Shown: positions 26,106 to 40,346, counted from the first letter of the stretch. The stretch: 64,000 bases of DNA from Sphaerodactylus townsendi (GCF_021028975.2 NC_059435.1:29140001-29204000), one strand, 5' to 3'. Numbers and translations are program-made. The notes: generated by a model not told the origin, from the sequence alone.

Positions 26106-27121
26106 AGGCAGTACAATTACCTCTGCTCTCTTTCCCTGCGCATTCAGTGAATGCAGAGGGCCATTGTGTGCATTTGGCTGACATTTTAAAAAGTTCAGTG
26201 ATTTATGAATTGCATAGTAATGAAGATGGGCTTTTCCCCTTTCAGCAATTCAGTCACGTAGCATCACCCTCCTTTCATCTCACCTGTAAGGCTTGATTTT
26301 TCTTGTAGTTATTCTTTGAAGGACTGCTTGAATGACAGCTTTTCTCTTCCACCTTCTTCACTCCCCTTAAATCATGGGTGTCTTCAGTTTCCAAGAACGT
26401 AAGAACATAAGAACACAAGAAACTTACTTCCTGGAAGGATTCTCTCCAGAAATTCTACCTCAATTGTTCCTCATGGGCTCCCTAGCTTTATAGCTGTTGT
26501 TGTTCCTGTATCCTCCAGTTTTTGCTCATCCTCTTACCTTATCTTCCATCTGCCTCTTGCCTTATCTTCCATCTGCTATTTTTGTGCCTGCAGTTATGCC
26601 TACTATTTGTCCAACTGCCTACTTTTGATAGGGTACTGTTTCCTGAGTAGGATGTGGTATTCACCTGTCTTGAATATTCAGGTTCCAACACCACTTCTTG
26701 TGCCAAGTGAGGATTCCAGTTATCTTGCCTCTCATTGCCGTGTAATCTGTGTTTCTCTATCAATGAGAGATGCGAGTCCGTGTGGTAGATTTTAGTGGCT
26801 ATGTTGACTTCCTGCCATGCATGTGACAAAGTCAACTTTTACCCACAAAAGCCACAATAGACTGGAAAGTCTTGAAGATGCAACAAGATGGCTTATTGTT
26901 ATTAGAATATTTTTCAGGAAGTAAATACTGCTATTATTTTGGTATTAGCATATAAATAAAGGACAATTCTCACTTTATTTATGTCATTGATACCCTCCCT
27001 TTCTCTCCACTGGGAACCCAAAGTGGCTTGTGTTGTTCTCTCCACCATTTTATCTTCACAAGTCTCTGGGGTTGTTTAGGCGAAGAGTGTGTGATTTGAA
27101 CATGGGTGTCCTGGACACCTA

Positions 27122-27425
27122 GGAGCAGCGGTGGTATAGTGGTTAAGAGCAGGTGTACTCTAATCTGGAGAACCGGGTTTGAATCCCCGCTCTGCCGCTT
27201 GAGCTGTGGAGGCTTATCTGGGGAATTCAGATTAGACTGTGCACTCCCACACACGTCAGCTGGGTCACCTTGGGCTAGTCACAGTTCTTCTGAGCTCTCT
27301 CAGCCCCACCTACCTCACAGGGTGTTTGTTGTGGGGTGGGGAGAAGGGAAAAGAGATTGTCAGTCCCTTTGAGTCTCCTTACAGGAGAGGAAAGGGGGAT
27401 ATAAATCCAACTCTTCTTCTTCCTC
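27122..27425 (+). mobile_element. Full-length Squam3-like tRNA SINE nested in an older antisense SINE (~26975-27470)
   Basis: A box ggtatagtggtt, B box ggtttgaatccc and (ctt)n tail; highly similar to 47785-48078. Confidence 0.85.
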
Positions 27426-28814
27426 TGGACTATCATCTGACACACTAACCTCTATACCACACTGGCTGTCTGCTCATGTGGAGTTTAAATGTGTGTGCAT
27501 CCTGTAAAGTGTGAAGGCTTTTTGTAGAATTTGATGCGTGCAGAAAAGAACTCTCTTGATTATTTCCTCCTTTCTCAGGAAGGAAATCACGTTTGTTCCC
27601 TGTGAATATGTCTGATCTACTGTCTTATCGGCTGCCTTTTTGTGTTTCCACATCTTCCACTATGGGGTTTACTACTGGTTAATGAGAAATGACTGTGTGA
27701 GGGATTCCCTGTGCGGCATGATGCATATTTTTCCTCGCTAAAAGAAAGAGAAATGGAATCTGTGTGGCAGTGAATGAAAAATGCATGATGGCTTGACCTG
27801 GAGTGAACTCTTCCTTAGCCCACTTAAGCCCATCATCTTTCCATACTTTCTCTCAGGAATTGTAGCTGCTCATCAACAAAGGCCAGAATAAGAGAATAAT
27901 AAAATACTTATGTGTTAATGAGATGTGAATAAACAAATTGTCACAGGCTATCGTAATGAATACTTGAACATATTCCTCCATCTCGGCTGTAGCTGAATAT
28001 TTGATTACCGCCATTTTACGCAACCTGACTTTGGGGAGATCTTTTTGTTTTAATTACCAATACTGTATGTTTGGAAAGATTTTATTATCTTCCAGTTTCT
28101 ATGTCAACTAAATACTAAATTGGAGAATACTAAATTAGGTACATACCAATATTATATTAGGGACACGCCAAGGGCAGAAGCTTCAATTTCTGGTCACTGG
28201 GGTGCTGTGCGGGCTAGCTATGTAGGAATGGAGTTGTCTTCAAAAGGCAGAATCGAAATGAAAGAATTATGCCTTTGCTGCAGCAATGATTCACTCTGTG
28301 ATCCTGCTCTTCACATTGTTCCTACAATGCTGTAATAGCAAAAGTAGCACATCATTACTGTAATATAGGAATTGGCCACAAGACTAGAGAAAATAAGGAC
28401 ATGATCTCATGTTTTTGAAACGATAGCGGATAGAGGAAATATGATTTTATAGTTAGCCTGAGTTAGTTGGTCAAAAAGTTAGCTATTCAAAGAGAGAAAA
28501 ATACTTTTGTTAGATGAGGGGGCCATGAAAAGATAGCTACTTGGAGTGACTCCTTTCCCTCCACTGTTGAAATTATCCTAACTTAATTTAATCATCACCA
28601 GTTGTGTTGCTGTATGTTTCGTCTTGAGAGGCCTATGAGATTAGAACGATGTAAATTTGAACAACTTGTCTAGTCTAGCGCATTTAAAAAACTGGAACAG
28701 TGCATGTTTTAAGTAGCTTGATAACTTGTAAGTAGGATTATGGCACTTGGCTTTTTTCTGTTATTCCAAGGGGACACAGGAATATTTGCTACACGGAACA
28801 CAGCACGCCCGTGA

Positions 28815-28872
28815 CAACACACACACACACACACGCACACACACAAACACAAACACACAAACACACATATAT
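28815..28872 (+). repeat. (CA)n microsatellite, imperfect
   Basis: Directly visible. Confidence 0.9.
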
Positions 28873-30028
28873 ATGATTTCAATATGTTATTTATTGCATT
28901 ATAAAATTGTTTGGTCTTTTAAAATGTTCCATAAGTGGCTGCAAGCACTTTTGATAGAAAATGCAATAGAAATGATAAAATATTAAAAGGAGTGATATAT
29001 TTCTTCCAAGGGGGCACTAAAAAGGCCAGAGGAGATGTTTTGTCAGAGGTAGCTGAAAATGTGATCAGCTTTTGCTAGAAATCAAATTATGTGTGGCACA
29101 CTTTCAGTAATACTTACAAAAGCCTCTAATTGGTCATGGCTGAGCTGAGACTTGATCTGTGGATCTTCTGCTCATTGTAGACATAAGCTATACCACCTCT
29201 CAAAATACTACTATAGCATCCTGGTAAAGTGTTGCTGACTTTCATCCTTGCTGACTTTCAGCGGCAATCACATCATAGATAGTCCAGTCATATCAAAGTC
29301 CTGTGGCAGAAAGAGGGGGAACAAAACATATTATTTTATCAGTTTCAAGGCTTGGGTTCTGATCAGTGGGTCAAGTGAAAGGGAGCTGGAAACCCAAACT
29401 GAGCACCATGAAGAGTACCAAAGTGACAAACAAAGCAAGGATCAATGCTATGGAGTAGTTTTTCCCACCTTACTGTGAGATTTCAGGGAGTAGAGACCCT
29501 GAAAACAGTGTCGCTGATGCTGTGATACCATTGTTTGATAAAGACAGATGATGTTCTTGGAATTCCAAAAAATCTATAGTAAAGAGCATAGAATTCACTG
29601 GAATTCCTAGAGCATCACATATGTGACATCACTTCAGGTATTTTCCTGGAAATGACATCATAGCATCACCCAAGATGTTTCCTCATTTTCCTTTTATGGG
29701 GTAATTTCTGGCATCCCTGTCTCTGCCTCTCTGCCATCTTGTTGCTCCTCTCAGTATACATGCAGTATACACACTAGCTCTAACAACAAAACAACAACAA
29801 AAGGCAGCATAAATAGCAGCCATAGAGGGACTTGGTGACCCATCAGATGAGGCTCTGAGATCTAGGGATGCTGAACCCAGGTTGAAGGATGCTAATATAA
29901 GTGACCAGGTTTATTTCCATAGGATAATGTGCATTAAGATTATGGTTAATTTGATGTGATCTCAATTATCTGACTTCTCATATGTTCAGCAATACTGCTT
30001 GATTTAAATCATTGAGCTCTATTCTTAG

Positions 30029-30382
<354 letters not shown>

Positions 30383-30859
30383 TAGCTGTCTGGGGTGTTG
30401 GTACCATCATTGGTACCATTCCACCCACAGCATAGGACTTAAACCATTTTTGAAGATTGCTCAGCTGAACAGCAACCTATGATACTACCAAAGGCAATTG
30501 CGGATTAGGTGCACTAACACATAAGAGCACTCTTACTTTCTATACACCTTGATTGGGGAAAAAAAACTTTTTTAAAAAAACAACAACAACAACAGGGCAT
30601 TTGTGGGTGTAATCCATCGCTTCAGGATCCGGTTGATTCAATGAGAGAATTCAGCATAAACTAAGATCTCTCCAACTTAAATCAAGGAATGTTTAGAAGT
30701 CTTAACAATGCCTGGGTTGTTTCCCCTATAAACGTTCTTGTGTTAACTTTGTAGGGCTTCATTAAGATGAAAAACCAAGAATGGGATTCTTATTGGAAGA
30801 GACAAAATGGCACAGTTTGTGATTCTGTTGAAACCATACACATTCACACATTTTTTGGT

Positions 30860-31085
30860 ATCAAGTCACAGCCGATTTATGGCAACCCTGTAGGATTTTC
30901 AAGATAAGAGACATTCAGAGGTAGCTCACCATTGCCTGCTTCTGCATCATGCCCCTTGGAGGTCTTGCCAGAGTCAAGGCTGAGACTATGTGACTGATCC
31001 AGTGTCACCCAGCAAATTTCCATGGCGGAGTGGGGGGTTTCAACGTGTGTTTCCCAGATCCTAACAAAACCATTACACCATGCTG
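30860..31085 (-). mobile_element. Sauria-type SINE (BovB-like tail)
   Basis: caagtcacagccgatttatggcaaccc...gaggtagctcaccattgcc is the reverse complement of the tail seen at 8420-8500. Confidence 0.65.
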
Positions 31086-31731
31086 GTGATTGTTGAACAA
31101 TGGTATGATTCTGTGTTTTTTCATACACAGTGTTGCTGTCATGCATGCAAATCTGAAAATATATTTTATTCATTTTGAAGGCTACTGAATAAATGGTCAC
31201 TTGGGAAGTGATACAGCAGTTATCCTAACAGTATTTTGTGTGTATTCTATTCATTTTTAGTGTTGGGGCTTTAAACAAGTCTTTGGGATTAACACTGGCC
31301 AGAGCTTTAATAAAAGGTTAAAGGAATATTTTCCAAAAATCTTTTTCAAGTCAAGTTTACCTATCAAAATTCCCTTGAGAGCTTACAACTATTTGCATAT
31401 TCAGAAAGTTAGCTCTTAAGGAGTGATTGGAAAAGCATAGGTAGGAGGCTGGGGATGGGGACAATTTACAGGAAAGAGCTGAAGAAATTTGGCTAATTGA
31501 AATGCAAGGAATGGCATTTGCAATTCAGATATTGCAGCAGCAGGTAGTATGCATGCTGCTGTGTGTCAATATCTACCAGTCTACACTCTGTCCTACCAAA
31601 AGATAAAAATGTGCTCCTGAATTGTTCATATGAAGTAAAAACAGTGTGCTTCTGCTGTAGAAAAAAACTCCCAATATTTAAGTGGCCGCCACAGATAAAA
31701 CCACCTGTATCTCTGGAAGCCCTTGGACTAT

Positions 31732-32106
31732 CCAGTGACATAGCTATAGTTTTTTATGGGGGTGGGTTCGGGGACACGGCCACCCCCACCCAACCCTGGG
31801 GGCATGGCCACACCTCCCCAAGCTCTGCCCCCCACAGTGCTCTGAGCCCAGGGATGGCAGTCTCCCCAGCTCCTGCCCACCCCCTGCCCCCCCCCACCGG
31901 CTGGGAGCCCAGCTGGCAGTCCCTTCTTCCCTCCCCTCTGGGGAGAAGAGACTGCCATCCCTGGCCTCAGAGAGCTGCTTTTATAAGCACTGAGGCTGGG
32001 AGGGGCTTGTGAGGCATGGCCATGCCCCCAGGGGCAGGTGGGGATGTGACCACACCTCCCAAGCCCCACCCACCACTCTCAGTGCTTATAAAAGCAGCTC
32101 TCTGAG
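31732..32106. mobile_element. GC-rich DNA-transposon remnant with internal inverted repeats
   Basis: Starts cagtgacatagc; inverted pairs cagggatggcagtctc/gagactgccatccctg and cctcagagagctgcttttataagcactgag/ctcagtgcttataaaagcagctctctgagg. Confidence 0.55.
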
Positions 32107-32559
32107 GAAGTGAAGTTATACGTAACTTGAAACATTTAAGCAGAAGCTCTCTTTAACAGGGTGCCTTTTAAATTGGATGTATTGTTTTAAAATATTTTCT
32201 CACATACACACAGTTTACCTCTAGTCACATAGTAGAAATCCTAGTGCAGTAGTAGCAGCCGCTACTAAAACTTACATTTTTAAAATCTGCATAGTCAGCC
32301 AGAAGTCCTGCCAGGCAGAACTTGCACCTGGCCCTGGCCACTTTCTGGAGACACTTGGCAGTTCTCTGGAAAGAAGTTGTCAGGCTCCATGGCCCCAATG
32401 GGACCCCCCTTTATCACACTCCCCGAAACACAATGAAAACAAAGGAGGTTTTCAGCAAAGTGCTGGAGCATCTCTCCCCCAGCCCAATGGGATGCCAGTG
32501 CTTCCACCTCATGCTGGAAGGTGATGGCATTGCTTGGGAATGCAGACTGCTTCCCAAAA

Positions 32560-32905
32560 CGCCAACTGGTCTGGATTTCTCCTAGGACTGCAGCTGTTCT
32601 CCCAACTACAGAAATCACTTCCCTTGGAGAAAATGATTACTTCAGAGCACAGGTGTCAAACTTGCGCCCCTCCAGATGTTGTGGACTACAGTTCCCATCA
32701 TCCCCTGCCAGCATCATGCTGGCAGGGGATGATGGGAACTGTAGTCCATAACATCTGGAGGGCCACGAGTTTGACACCTGTGCTTCAGAGGGTAGACTCT
32801 ATGATACCACATCCCCACTAAACTTCTTCCCCTCTCCAAATTTGCTCTCCCCAGGCACTCGCACCAAATCTCTAGGAATTCCCTAAGAGACAACTGACAA
32901 CCCTA
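32560..32905. mobile_element. TAGGGTTGCCA-type MITE copy hosting a hairpin hAT MITE
   Basis: actacagaaatcacttcccttggagaaaatg...ggtagactctatg...tgacaacccta. Confidence 0.7.
32648..32782. mobile_element. Hairpin hAT MITE (135 bp)
   Basis: Near-perfect palindrome with ends cacaggtgtcaaact / agtttgacacctgtg; perfect TSD cttcagag. Confidence 0.92.
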
Positions 32906-33744
32906 CACTTTTTCTAGTTTACATATTTATTTTAAAATGTTTGTATCCTGTCTTTCTTCTGCAAATGATCGCTTACAGTAAGTCGCTGCTGATCAAACAA
33001 CACAGTGTGATGCTAAATAAACCCTTTCAAATACAAGTCTCAGATGGACAAATTTGAGCTCTTTTTCCATTGACTTCAGTGAATTTAGAAGGTTGTGTTC
33101 TGTGTTCCGTGTTTAGGCTTGTCTTATTGGCTTGTTAGTTGCTAAGAGCAGCTTTGAAGTGAACTTACTATATTTAGCCCGGAGGTATGAAGCTGGGGAT
33201 AATATAACCAGATTAGTGGCGCCTGAAAGTTTAATGTTCTTTGACATTCAATGGGAAGAAAAGGGATGGTTTCAAAGATTTTTAAATTAGTCACGAGGTG
33301 TGTGATTTCTGCCCGTGCAAGATTGCGCAGGAGGGGAGGTGGAAAGAATTGCCTCACCTATCCTATTAGGAAATGATGAATTGTTACTCTGTATAGTTTA
33401 TCATCAAACCTTCTCTTTTCCCACTAGACAAAAAAAGGAAAGAATCGAGACCATATGTGAGATTACAAAAAGTGTAAAATGACCTTTTTTAGGTTGGAAA
33501 TATTTTTAGGATAACATGATTTAAAAATAAAACCAACCAAACAACTTAATCGCCAACAATAATTAAAGCTCTTTCTGTTGTTACATAAGGTCATTCACAT
33601 CAAGTTGCTTTAATTATGGAAACATATTTCGCTGCAAAAGTTGCCTTTTTCAAGAAAGGGTAGCTTTAACCATCTGCCTCATGAACATTCACACATTCCT
33701 GCCTCTTAAACAGTGACATAATGAAAATAAATATATAGTTTAAC

Positions 33745-34390
33745 CAGCGGTGTACCCAGAGGTGGGATCCAACCAGTTCTCACCACTTCTCTAGAAGTGG
33801 GTGTACCTGAGCAGGGACAGAGCAAGGGGGAAGTGCGCCCTGTGGGTGCACATGCCCTGTGCCCCTCCAAGCCTCTGTCTGCCCCATCCCGCCCCGTAAC
33901 ACCCCGGAATGCCCCCGCCACACCCCTGAAATGCCCTGGGAATGGCTCCGTCAGAGCACAAGTCCAGTGTGTCATGCATCCTCCTGCCCCCTTGGCGCTA
34001 CATCTCTGACCTGTTTAAAATGGTGCCTGGGGCAAGCACTGAAATTGCACTCTCCCCCCAAAAGTTCACCCTGTCCTCTACCTGTTCAAAGCAGGTGGGC
34101 CGAGTGGCAAACCAGTGGGCAGGCCGGCTGGCACTCTCTCTATCCTGGTGCCATAAGCACATTGCTCAGCCTCACCAGCTCCACTGCAGCTGCATGATGT
34201 CCCCCCCCCCCCCGCTGCCGTGCCTGCCACCAAAGCAGTACGGCTGGGCAGCGCCACCAAGTACAAGCCATGCTCCCCTTAGTGCATCACAGTGCAGTGC
34301 TTGCTTCCCAGTCCAGTGTCCCCCGGCTGCTGGGGCTCCGCACAGTTACGCTCCAGCAGGCAGGCAGTTGGGCGCCCCTCAGGAAAAAAT
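33745..34390. mobile_element. Nested cluster of GC-rich hAT-like MITEs
   Basis: The outer start cagcggtgtacc...gtgcctggggcaagcactgaaattgc resembles the left end of 37161-38091; inserts at 33757-33799 and ~33812-34008. Confidence 0.6.
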
Positions 34391-37160
34391 AGTAGTGTGG
34401 TCTGTTGCAGGGCAGCAGTTGATAAAATTGTATGCTTCCACATTAGAATATAGTTATGAAAAAATTTGAGAATTATTGTTCATTTTTATGTGCTGCCTTT
34501 GTCAAAACCATTATTCATTGAACGACTGCCATCAATACTGTTCTGGGGGGAGTCAGAGCTAGGTAGGCACTAAGACCCAGGTGGAGCATTCTAGAACAAT
34601 GAAGGTCTAGCATGTTGAGTTCTGTGGCGGAGGAATATGCAACCCTATTAACATCTTTTTCTGAGACATCTTTTTCTGCCCTCATACTGTATTTGTGCTC
34701 ATGGTTCAAATGACAAGTTTTCAAGAGAAATGCACACTCTAGAAGTAGATGATGTATCCCTGCAGCAATTTCCTTGTTACCCCCTGGAGCTGTTCCAGCA
34801 GCTTTATTTTTCAAATAACTTTTTGCAAAGAAGTGCGGAAGAAGGAAATACAGGTAATTAAGTTGCTGTCAGCCTGTAGCATCTGAATGTAAAACTGACA
34901 GCCTCAAGTTAACGTGGAGCAGGTCATCGAAGGAATGACAGTGCACAAAATGACAAGATGCTTCAACACCATACAACAGCATGTAACATCACTAGAGTTG
35001 CCAGTTCAGGGTTGGGAGATACCTAGAGATTTTGGGGGAGGAGCCTGGAGAAGGGAGGGACCTCAGCAGTGTGTAATGCCATAGAACAGTGTATAATGCT
35101 TTTTATTCCGATTTGTGACTCCTGAAATGGGCATGGGCTTTCATCAATGTTGCCCATCTCACCAACACAAGTGGCAAATGTGCTGACAGAGGGCACAAAC
35201 ACGGCAGCTAGAGAAGGGCTAGGCGGGTTCCTGGGGGTGGAGCCAGCCTTAGTCAGTTTCCATCTGGTTTTCATACAAGATCGCCTCCAGTGCAAGTGTA
35301 AATCCTTTTTCACCAAAGGGGGATTTTTCGCCAACCAGGGATTCTCTGATTTTTGCTGCCTTCCCTTACTGCCTGAAAGTGCTCTGGAGGTGGCATGGTA
35401 GTGGAGCAGTGGCACCATCCCTAGCTGCTGTGGCCTCTGGATTGGGCTGTAACAGTACCATTCTGAGCAGAGTGATACCCTCCTAGGTCCAGTGAAATTA
35501 GTGACTTCAGAAAGGTGCAACTCTGTTTCAGATGGCTGGTTTTGCAATAGTGAACTAGTGTTCACTAGTTCATATTTGTAAACAATCTAATTTGTGCATC
35601 CCAGAAGACACTTGGACCAAAATCTGCACTGCTATTGTTAATAGACCAGAACACTCCATTTTAGAAAGCAGTGATTATGACTCTGAAAGGTGAGCTTCTG
35701 TTCCATTAGAAATATTATCTGTCAGAAAAGAGGTTTTCTTTCCATTAGTTCACAGCTTGCAGATGCTGTCACATTTAAATCCAATGTCTGGTTGGAACAG
35801 ATCTTATAATGCAGCCTCTCCCCCCCCTCCCCCCAGCCTTTCATATGGTGTCTGATTGAAATTGCAGATTTTTGAAATGTCACAAGAATAATCCTGAAAC
35901 TATCATTCCTGCTGCTCTTCTCCTTTTGCAAAGTTGAAGAAGGTCTATGGCTAGGGTGTTAAAGCTCAGTGGGTAAAGCACATATTTTACACAAAGAAAT
36001 CCCCTGTTCAGTCTCACATAGATCCAGATAGAAGGATCTCCAGCAGTGGACCGACGGGGCAGTAGATGGCAACCCACCCCTGTGCCGCTGGCCCAGGCTG
36101 TTGTTTGAAGCCTGGGAGAGGGCAGGTGAGGGAGTGGGAAGGCTTGGGCTCATGCCCTGCTGGTCTACTGTTTGGGGGCTGAGAGAGGGTGAGTGAGGGA
36201 GTTTAAGGAGGCTTTGGGGGACTTCAATGTCATAGAGTCTAACTTCCAAAGTGGTCATTTTCTCTAGGTGAACTGATCTCCTTTGCTTGGGAATCTGTTG
36301 TAATCCCACGAGATTTCCAGCCACCACCTGGAGGCTGGCAACTTTAATTATTAGGCATGCATTTTCCTTCTAGGGAAATTTTAAAGAGGAGGGGAAGGCA
36401 ATGAAGTGCCATTTTCCTCTGTCATGAATTATATCCTACGTCACAAGATTTTATGCTCCATGTTTTACTGGAACTCATCACTTTTTCTAATGTCATCAAG
36501 CAGGGCAAAAACCCATCCTATTGTTCATCTGAAGTTAAACATGTATTGTTATTCTGCCACTTGAAGAACAGCCTGTGATCCAAGGTGATATTATTAAGGA
36601 GCTGGAACGTGGGTTAGAAAAAAGAATGGGCTTTGTGCAGATCTAAATTTAGCCACTGTGATGTCAGAGCTTTTTGTTAGGCATAGTTCATGTTCAGATA
36701 TGACAAATCCCCATCCCTGTTCCACAGTGTAAGAATATCATAGAATTCCTAGAATGTGCTCAGTCATCAAACGGTATCAGAGGCTGCCTGCTTGTTTCGT
36801 TGTCATGATGCAAGCATGCAAGCGTAGAAAGCACAGCAGACTCTCCAAGTGAAGTATCTGAGGCCATGGCCACAAATTACATTCCCCTCTTAAGAGAATT
36901 CGAAAGGCCTGAGGGGGAAAAGATGGATCTCATGCTGAGGGATAGAGCCCTGAGCCTCTTGCAGCCTGTCTCTCTCTAGCTTCTTTCACTTTCCTTCTTT
37001 AGCAGCTGGAAGTTGGGTGGGAGCAGGTTAGGCTAAGAAAGTGAGGGACTGACCTGAGGAGAGTGTCACAGCAGAAAGGAGGTTTATACCCAGGTGTCCA
37101 CAGTCACACAGCCCAACCATACTGACTCAAACATAACTCTGCACAATGTGTGTGTGAGAG

Positions 37161-38091
37161 CAGTGGTATATCCAGGAAAAACAGTGCCCGGGGCAAGTGC
37201 TGAAATTGCCCCCCTCTGCCCTGAGCCTGCTTTGAGCCTTGGACTTCTACTTGCCTCCATCCCATGGATGAGCCAAACCCCACCTTGGAAGAGTCATGTG
37301 GTGCCCTCGGAGAGCTGTGGCACATTCTTGAGTTCTTGGCCCAGAGCTTCCCTGCAGAAGCAGCTGCATGCAGGTACTTAGTGCCATCTCATGTAGTGGC
37401 AGTGCCAGCCTTGGGATTCCCCCCGTTGCTTGCCCAGGGAACTCAGTCTTGGTGCTGCCGGCCTGTGGCACACGCTCCTGCAAGAGCCTTGGCGCAACAC
37501 ATATTTATGCCCCCCCCTCCAATGTGATTATCTATTTGTAGGAAGAATGTTGTCCTGACTTGTATGCTGTTAAAGGGACAAACGGGATTCTCAAATGGGT
37601 TGAAGCCTGAAGGCAGAGGGCAAACAATATGACTGGGCTGGCCAGTGAGTCTAAACCACAGAGTCTGCAGGTACAGGCAGCAGCCTCCAAAACCTCTGAG
37701 ACCACACTCACTTTTGTGTTGAGCCAGGTAGCTGCCCCAGAATGGTGGAGAGCGGCCTTCCAGAGCCTCCGGACAGCAGGTTTGAGGTGGCAGGGCAAAC
37801 TTGCAGAGGAAAAGTTTCCAACTCTCCCCCTTTCCCTCCCTTTTTCCCACCCCCATTTCAGGTCCGGATAGGACCTACACCTGTTGCCAGACCCTCTGTC
37901 TCTCCAGGCAGGGAGGGAGAATGCCAGGAAGGGAGGCAAGCACTGCCCAGGCTCTCCCACCCTCCCTCTGGCTCAGCCTGGAAGGAGGGAGAGGGTAGCC
38001 AAATGACCCAGAGAGTAGCCAAATGACCCCATGTGACCCAGGCAAGTGGCACCTGGGTCACGGGACACCCACTCCCCAAGATACGCCACTG
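37161..38091. mobile_element. 931-bp non-autonomous hAT-like element
   Basis: TIR cagtggtatatc / gatacgccactg; TSD tgtgagag/tgtgagaa. Confidence 0.85.
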
Positions 38092-38516
38092 TGTGAGAAA
38101 GGCAGTCAAACTTTTCCTAGAAGTCAGGCAAGGGAGAAACAGGAAAAACTAATTGCCAAATGGCAAAATAGGGGGAACTAAACCATGGATAGAGAAGTCT
38201 TTGGCAAAAGGGCAGCATAAAAATGGCCTAAATATAGAAAATAGACACCAAGCTCATGTTGGAAATCACAATATTCGGAAAGCAGTGGGAGAATAGTTCA
38301 GTCTCCCAATCCCCCACCATCATGACTAGAGGAAGATGAGGTCCTGTACACTGATAAGCAGCTGGCTTAGGCAAACTCCATCGATGAATCTTAAGTTCCT
38401 TGCCATGTTTTCCTGCCCTTCTCACTTTTAAAATACTCCATTAAAAACCTTTCAAAATGGCCAAAGACATGAGCTTTTATTTATACATTTGTTTTAAATT
38501 CACAACTCAAAACTCT

Positions 38517-38764
38517 GAGCCAGCAAGACGTAGTGGTTAAGAGCAGTGAACCGAGTTTGATTCCCCCCTCCTCCACATGAGCGGTGGACTCTTATCTGGT
38601 GAACTGGATTTGTTCCCTGCTCTTACAAATGAAACCTGCTGGGTGACCACCGTTTTCCTCACAAGGAGTCCATTGTGGGGAGAGGAAGGAAAGGAGTTTG
38701 TAAGCCACTTGGAGACTTCTTATGATTGAGAAAAGCAGGATAAAAATAAAACTTTTCTTCTTCT
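38517..38764 (+). mobile_element. Squam3-like SINE
   Basis: gtagtggttaagagcag head and (ctt)n tail. Confidence 0.75.
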
Positions 38765-40081
38765 GATACCTGAAGTGAGTCCACCATGACTCTGAACTTG
38801 GCCAGTGCTACTGCTGACTTCATACCTAAGCCCTCAATTAGGACCTTATCAGTCTAACTAGGTCTATTTAGTTTGAGCTCCCAGCACAGTATGAAGCAGA
38901 TTAGAAAAGGACTGTCTCACTGTAAGACAATCCCAAAAATTTCCAGTTACTCAACCTGTTTACACACTTATGCTTCAGTCTGTATTTCCATATGTATTGT
39001 AGCTGTTGCTTTCCAATTGTTCCTTTAGCTATTACCTAGCCTTGGAAAATCCAGAGCTTTTATCCTGTTGACGGTTCTAGGAAGAAGGGGTATACCCCAA
39101 TTTTGAAGGAAGTAGGTTAAGATGAATTCACCTATTGATTTCTAATCAAAGTGCCATGATGACTGCAGATATCCATAACATATATGTCACATTTGCTCTT
39201 GGCCACTTATATCTCCAAAACCTGAGTCATATTATTCACATTTGAGAAATCTATAGGTGTCCAATAATTGCTGAAGTCTTTTTAACATTAATTGTAATTA
39301 AGTTCTGAAGATGTTTATTTAACATTATGCAGTGCTTTTGACATTTTGTTCTTTGGTTTTGGATATTGAGTTGCATATTCCAGCTCTCCTGTAGCTCCTC
39401 GGTTATAGGTTCATGATCAGATTTTAAATAAGCGTATAAAGATTTGTGTGCTTTAGTGATGATTCAATGGAAGTCAAAAAAGGCAATATGTCAGGGCTGG
39501 AGGTCAGAAGCTTTAAGTAGCTTTGGGCCACATTTTGTACAAAGTCAAGGGGTTAATTGCAGACCCTGCCAATGCCTTGAGGGGGAAAGATTGTGTTCTA
39601 ATTGTAAGTCTCTAAATGTTTTAATAAACTCTTCATTTACAGCTATATTACTGAAATGATCCCAGATTTGGCTTGTCAGCCAATCATATGAATTATTTTC
39701 CTACAGTTTTAATAGGTTCACTTGTACATGTGTGAATGGGTTAGGGGAATATTTAACTTGAGTTGGGATGAAAAATAGCTAACTTTTCCTTCCTTTCCTT
39801 TAATGGTATGGCTTTATTGGCCAAAGCCTTAAATAGCTAACTCTTCGTCAGTTCAGCTGGGATGAAGTCAGTTGGAAAGTTGTCCGGCCATCTACCCTAA
39901 TTCTCTTTTGTTTGAAAGTACTGCCCTTCTTATGCATGAGTCAGGGATGTGGCGTTAATTGTTGGATGGTCATAGCAGTGGTTTCTTTACCTGATGACCA
40001 TAGCTGCATCAGCTTAATGACCAGTCTCATTGCCTACCAGGATGAAATGTCTCTTTAAAAATATCCAGTAAAGATGATGAT

Positions 40082-40346
40082 GAAGAAGAGGAGTTGTTGT
40101 TGTTGTTGTTTGGATTTATATCCCACCTTTCTCTCCTGTAAGGAGACTCAAGGTGACTTACAAGCTCCTTTCCCTTCCTTTCTCCTCAACAGACACCTTG
40201 TGAGGTAGGTGGGGCTGAGAGAGTTCTGAAGAACTGTGACTAGCCCAAGATCACCCAGCAGGAATGTAGGGGTGCGGAAACACATCTGGTTCACCTTTGC
40301 CACTCAGGTGGAGGAGTGGAGAATCAAACCCAGTTCTCCAGATTAG
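40082..40346 (-). mobile_element. Squam3-like SINE
   Basis: tttggatttatatcccacc...ggagactc...ttctccagattag. Confidence 0.8.

Noticed and set aside
27122-27195. tRNA gene
   Set aside because: SINE head with A/B boxes; it continues into the SINE body and tail.
32648-32782. miRNA gene call for hairpins
   Set aside because: TSD-flanked MITEs with no recognisable conserved mature miRNA; expression data would be needed.
33706-34469. Cluster of overlapping ORFs / apparent CpG island
   Set aside because: GC-rich nested MITEs; the same applies to 18119-18515, 31563-32069, 37094-38109, 53126-53738 and 55279-55860.
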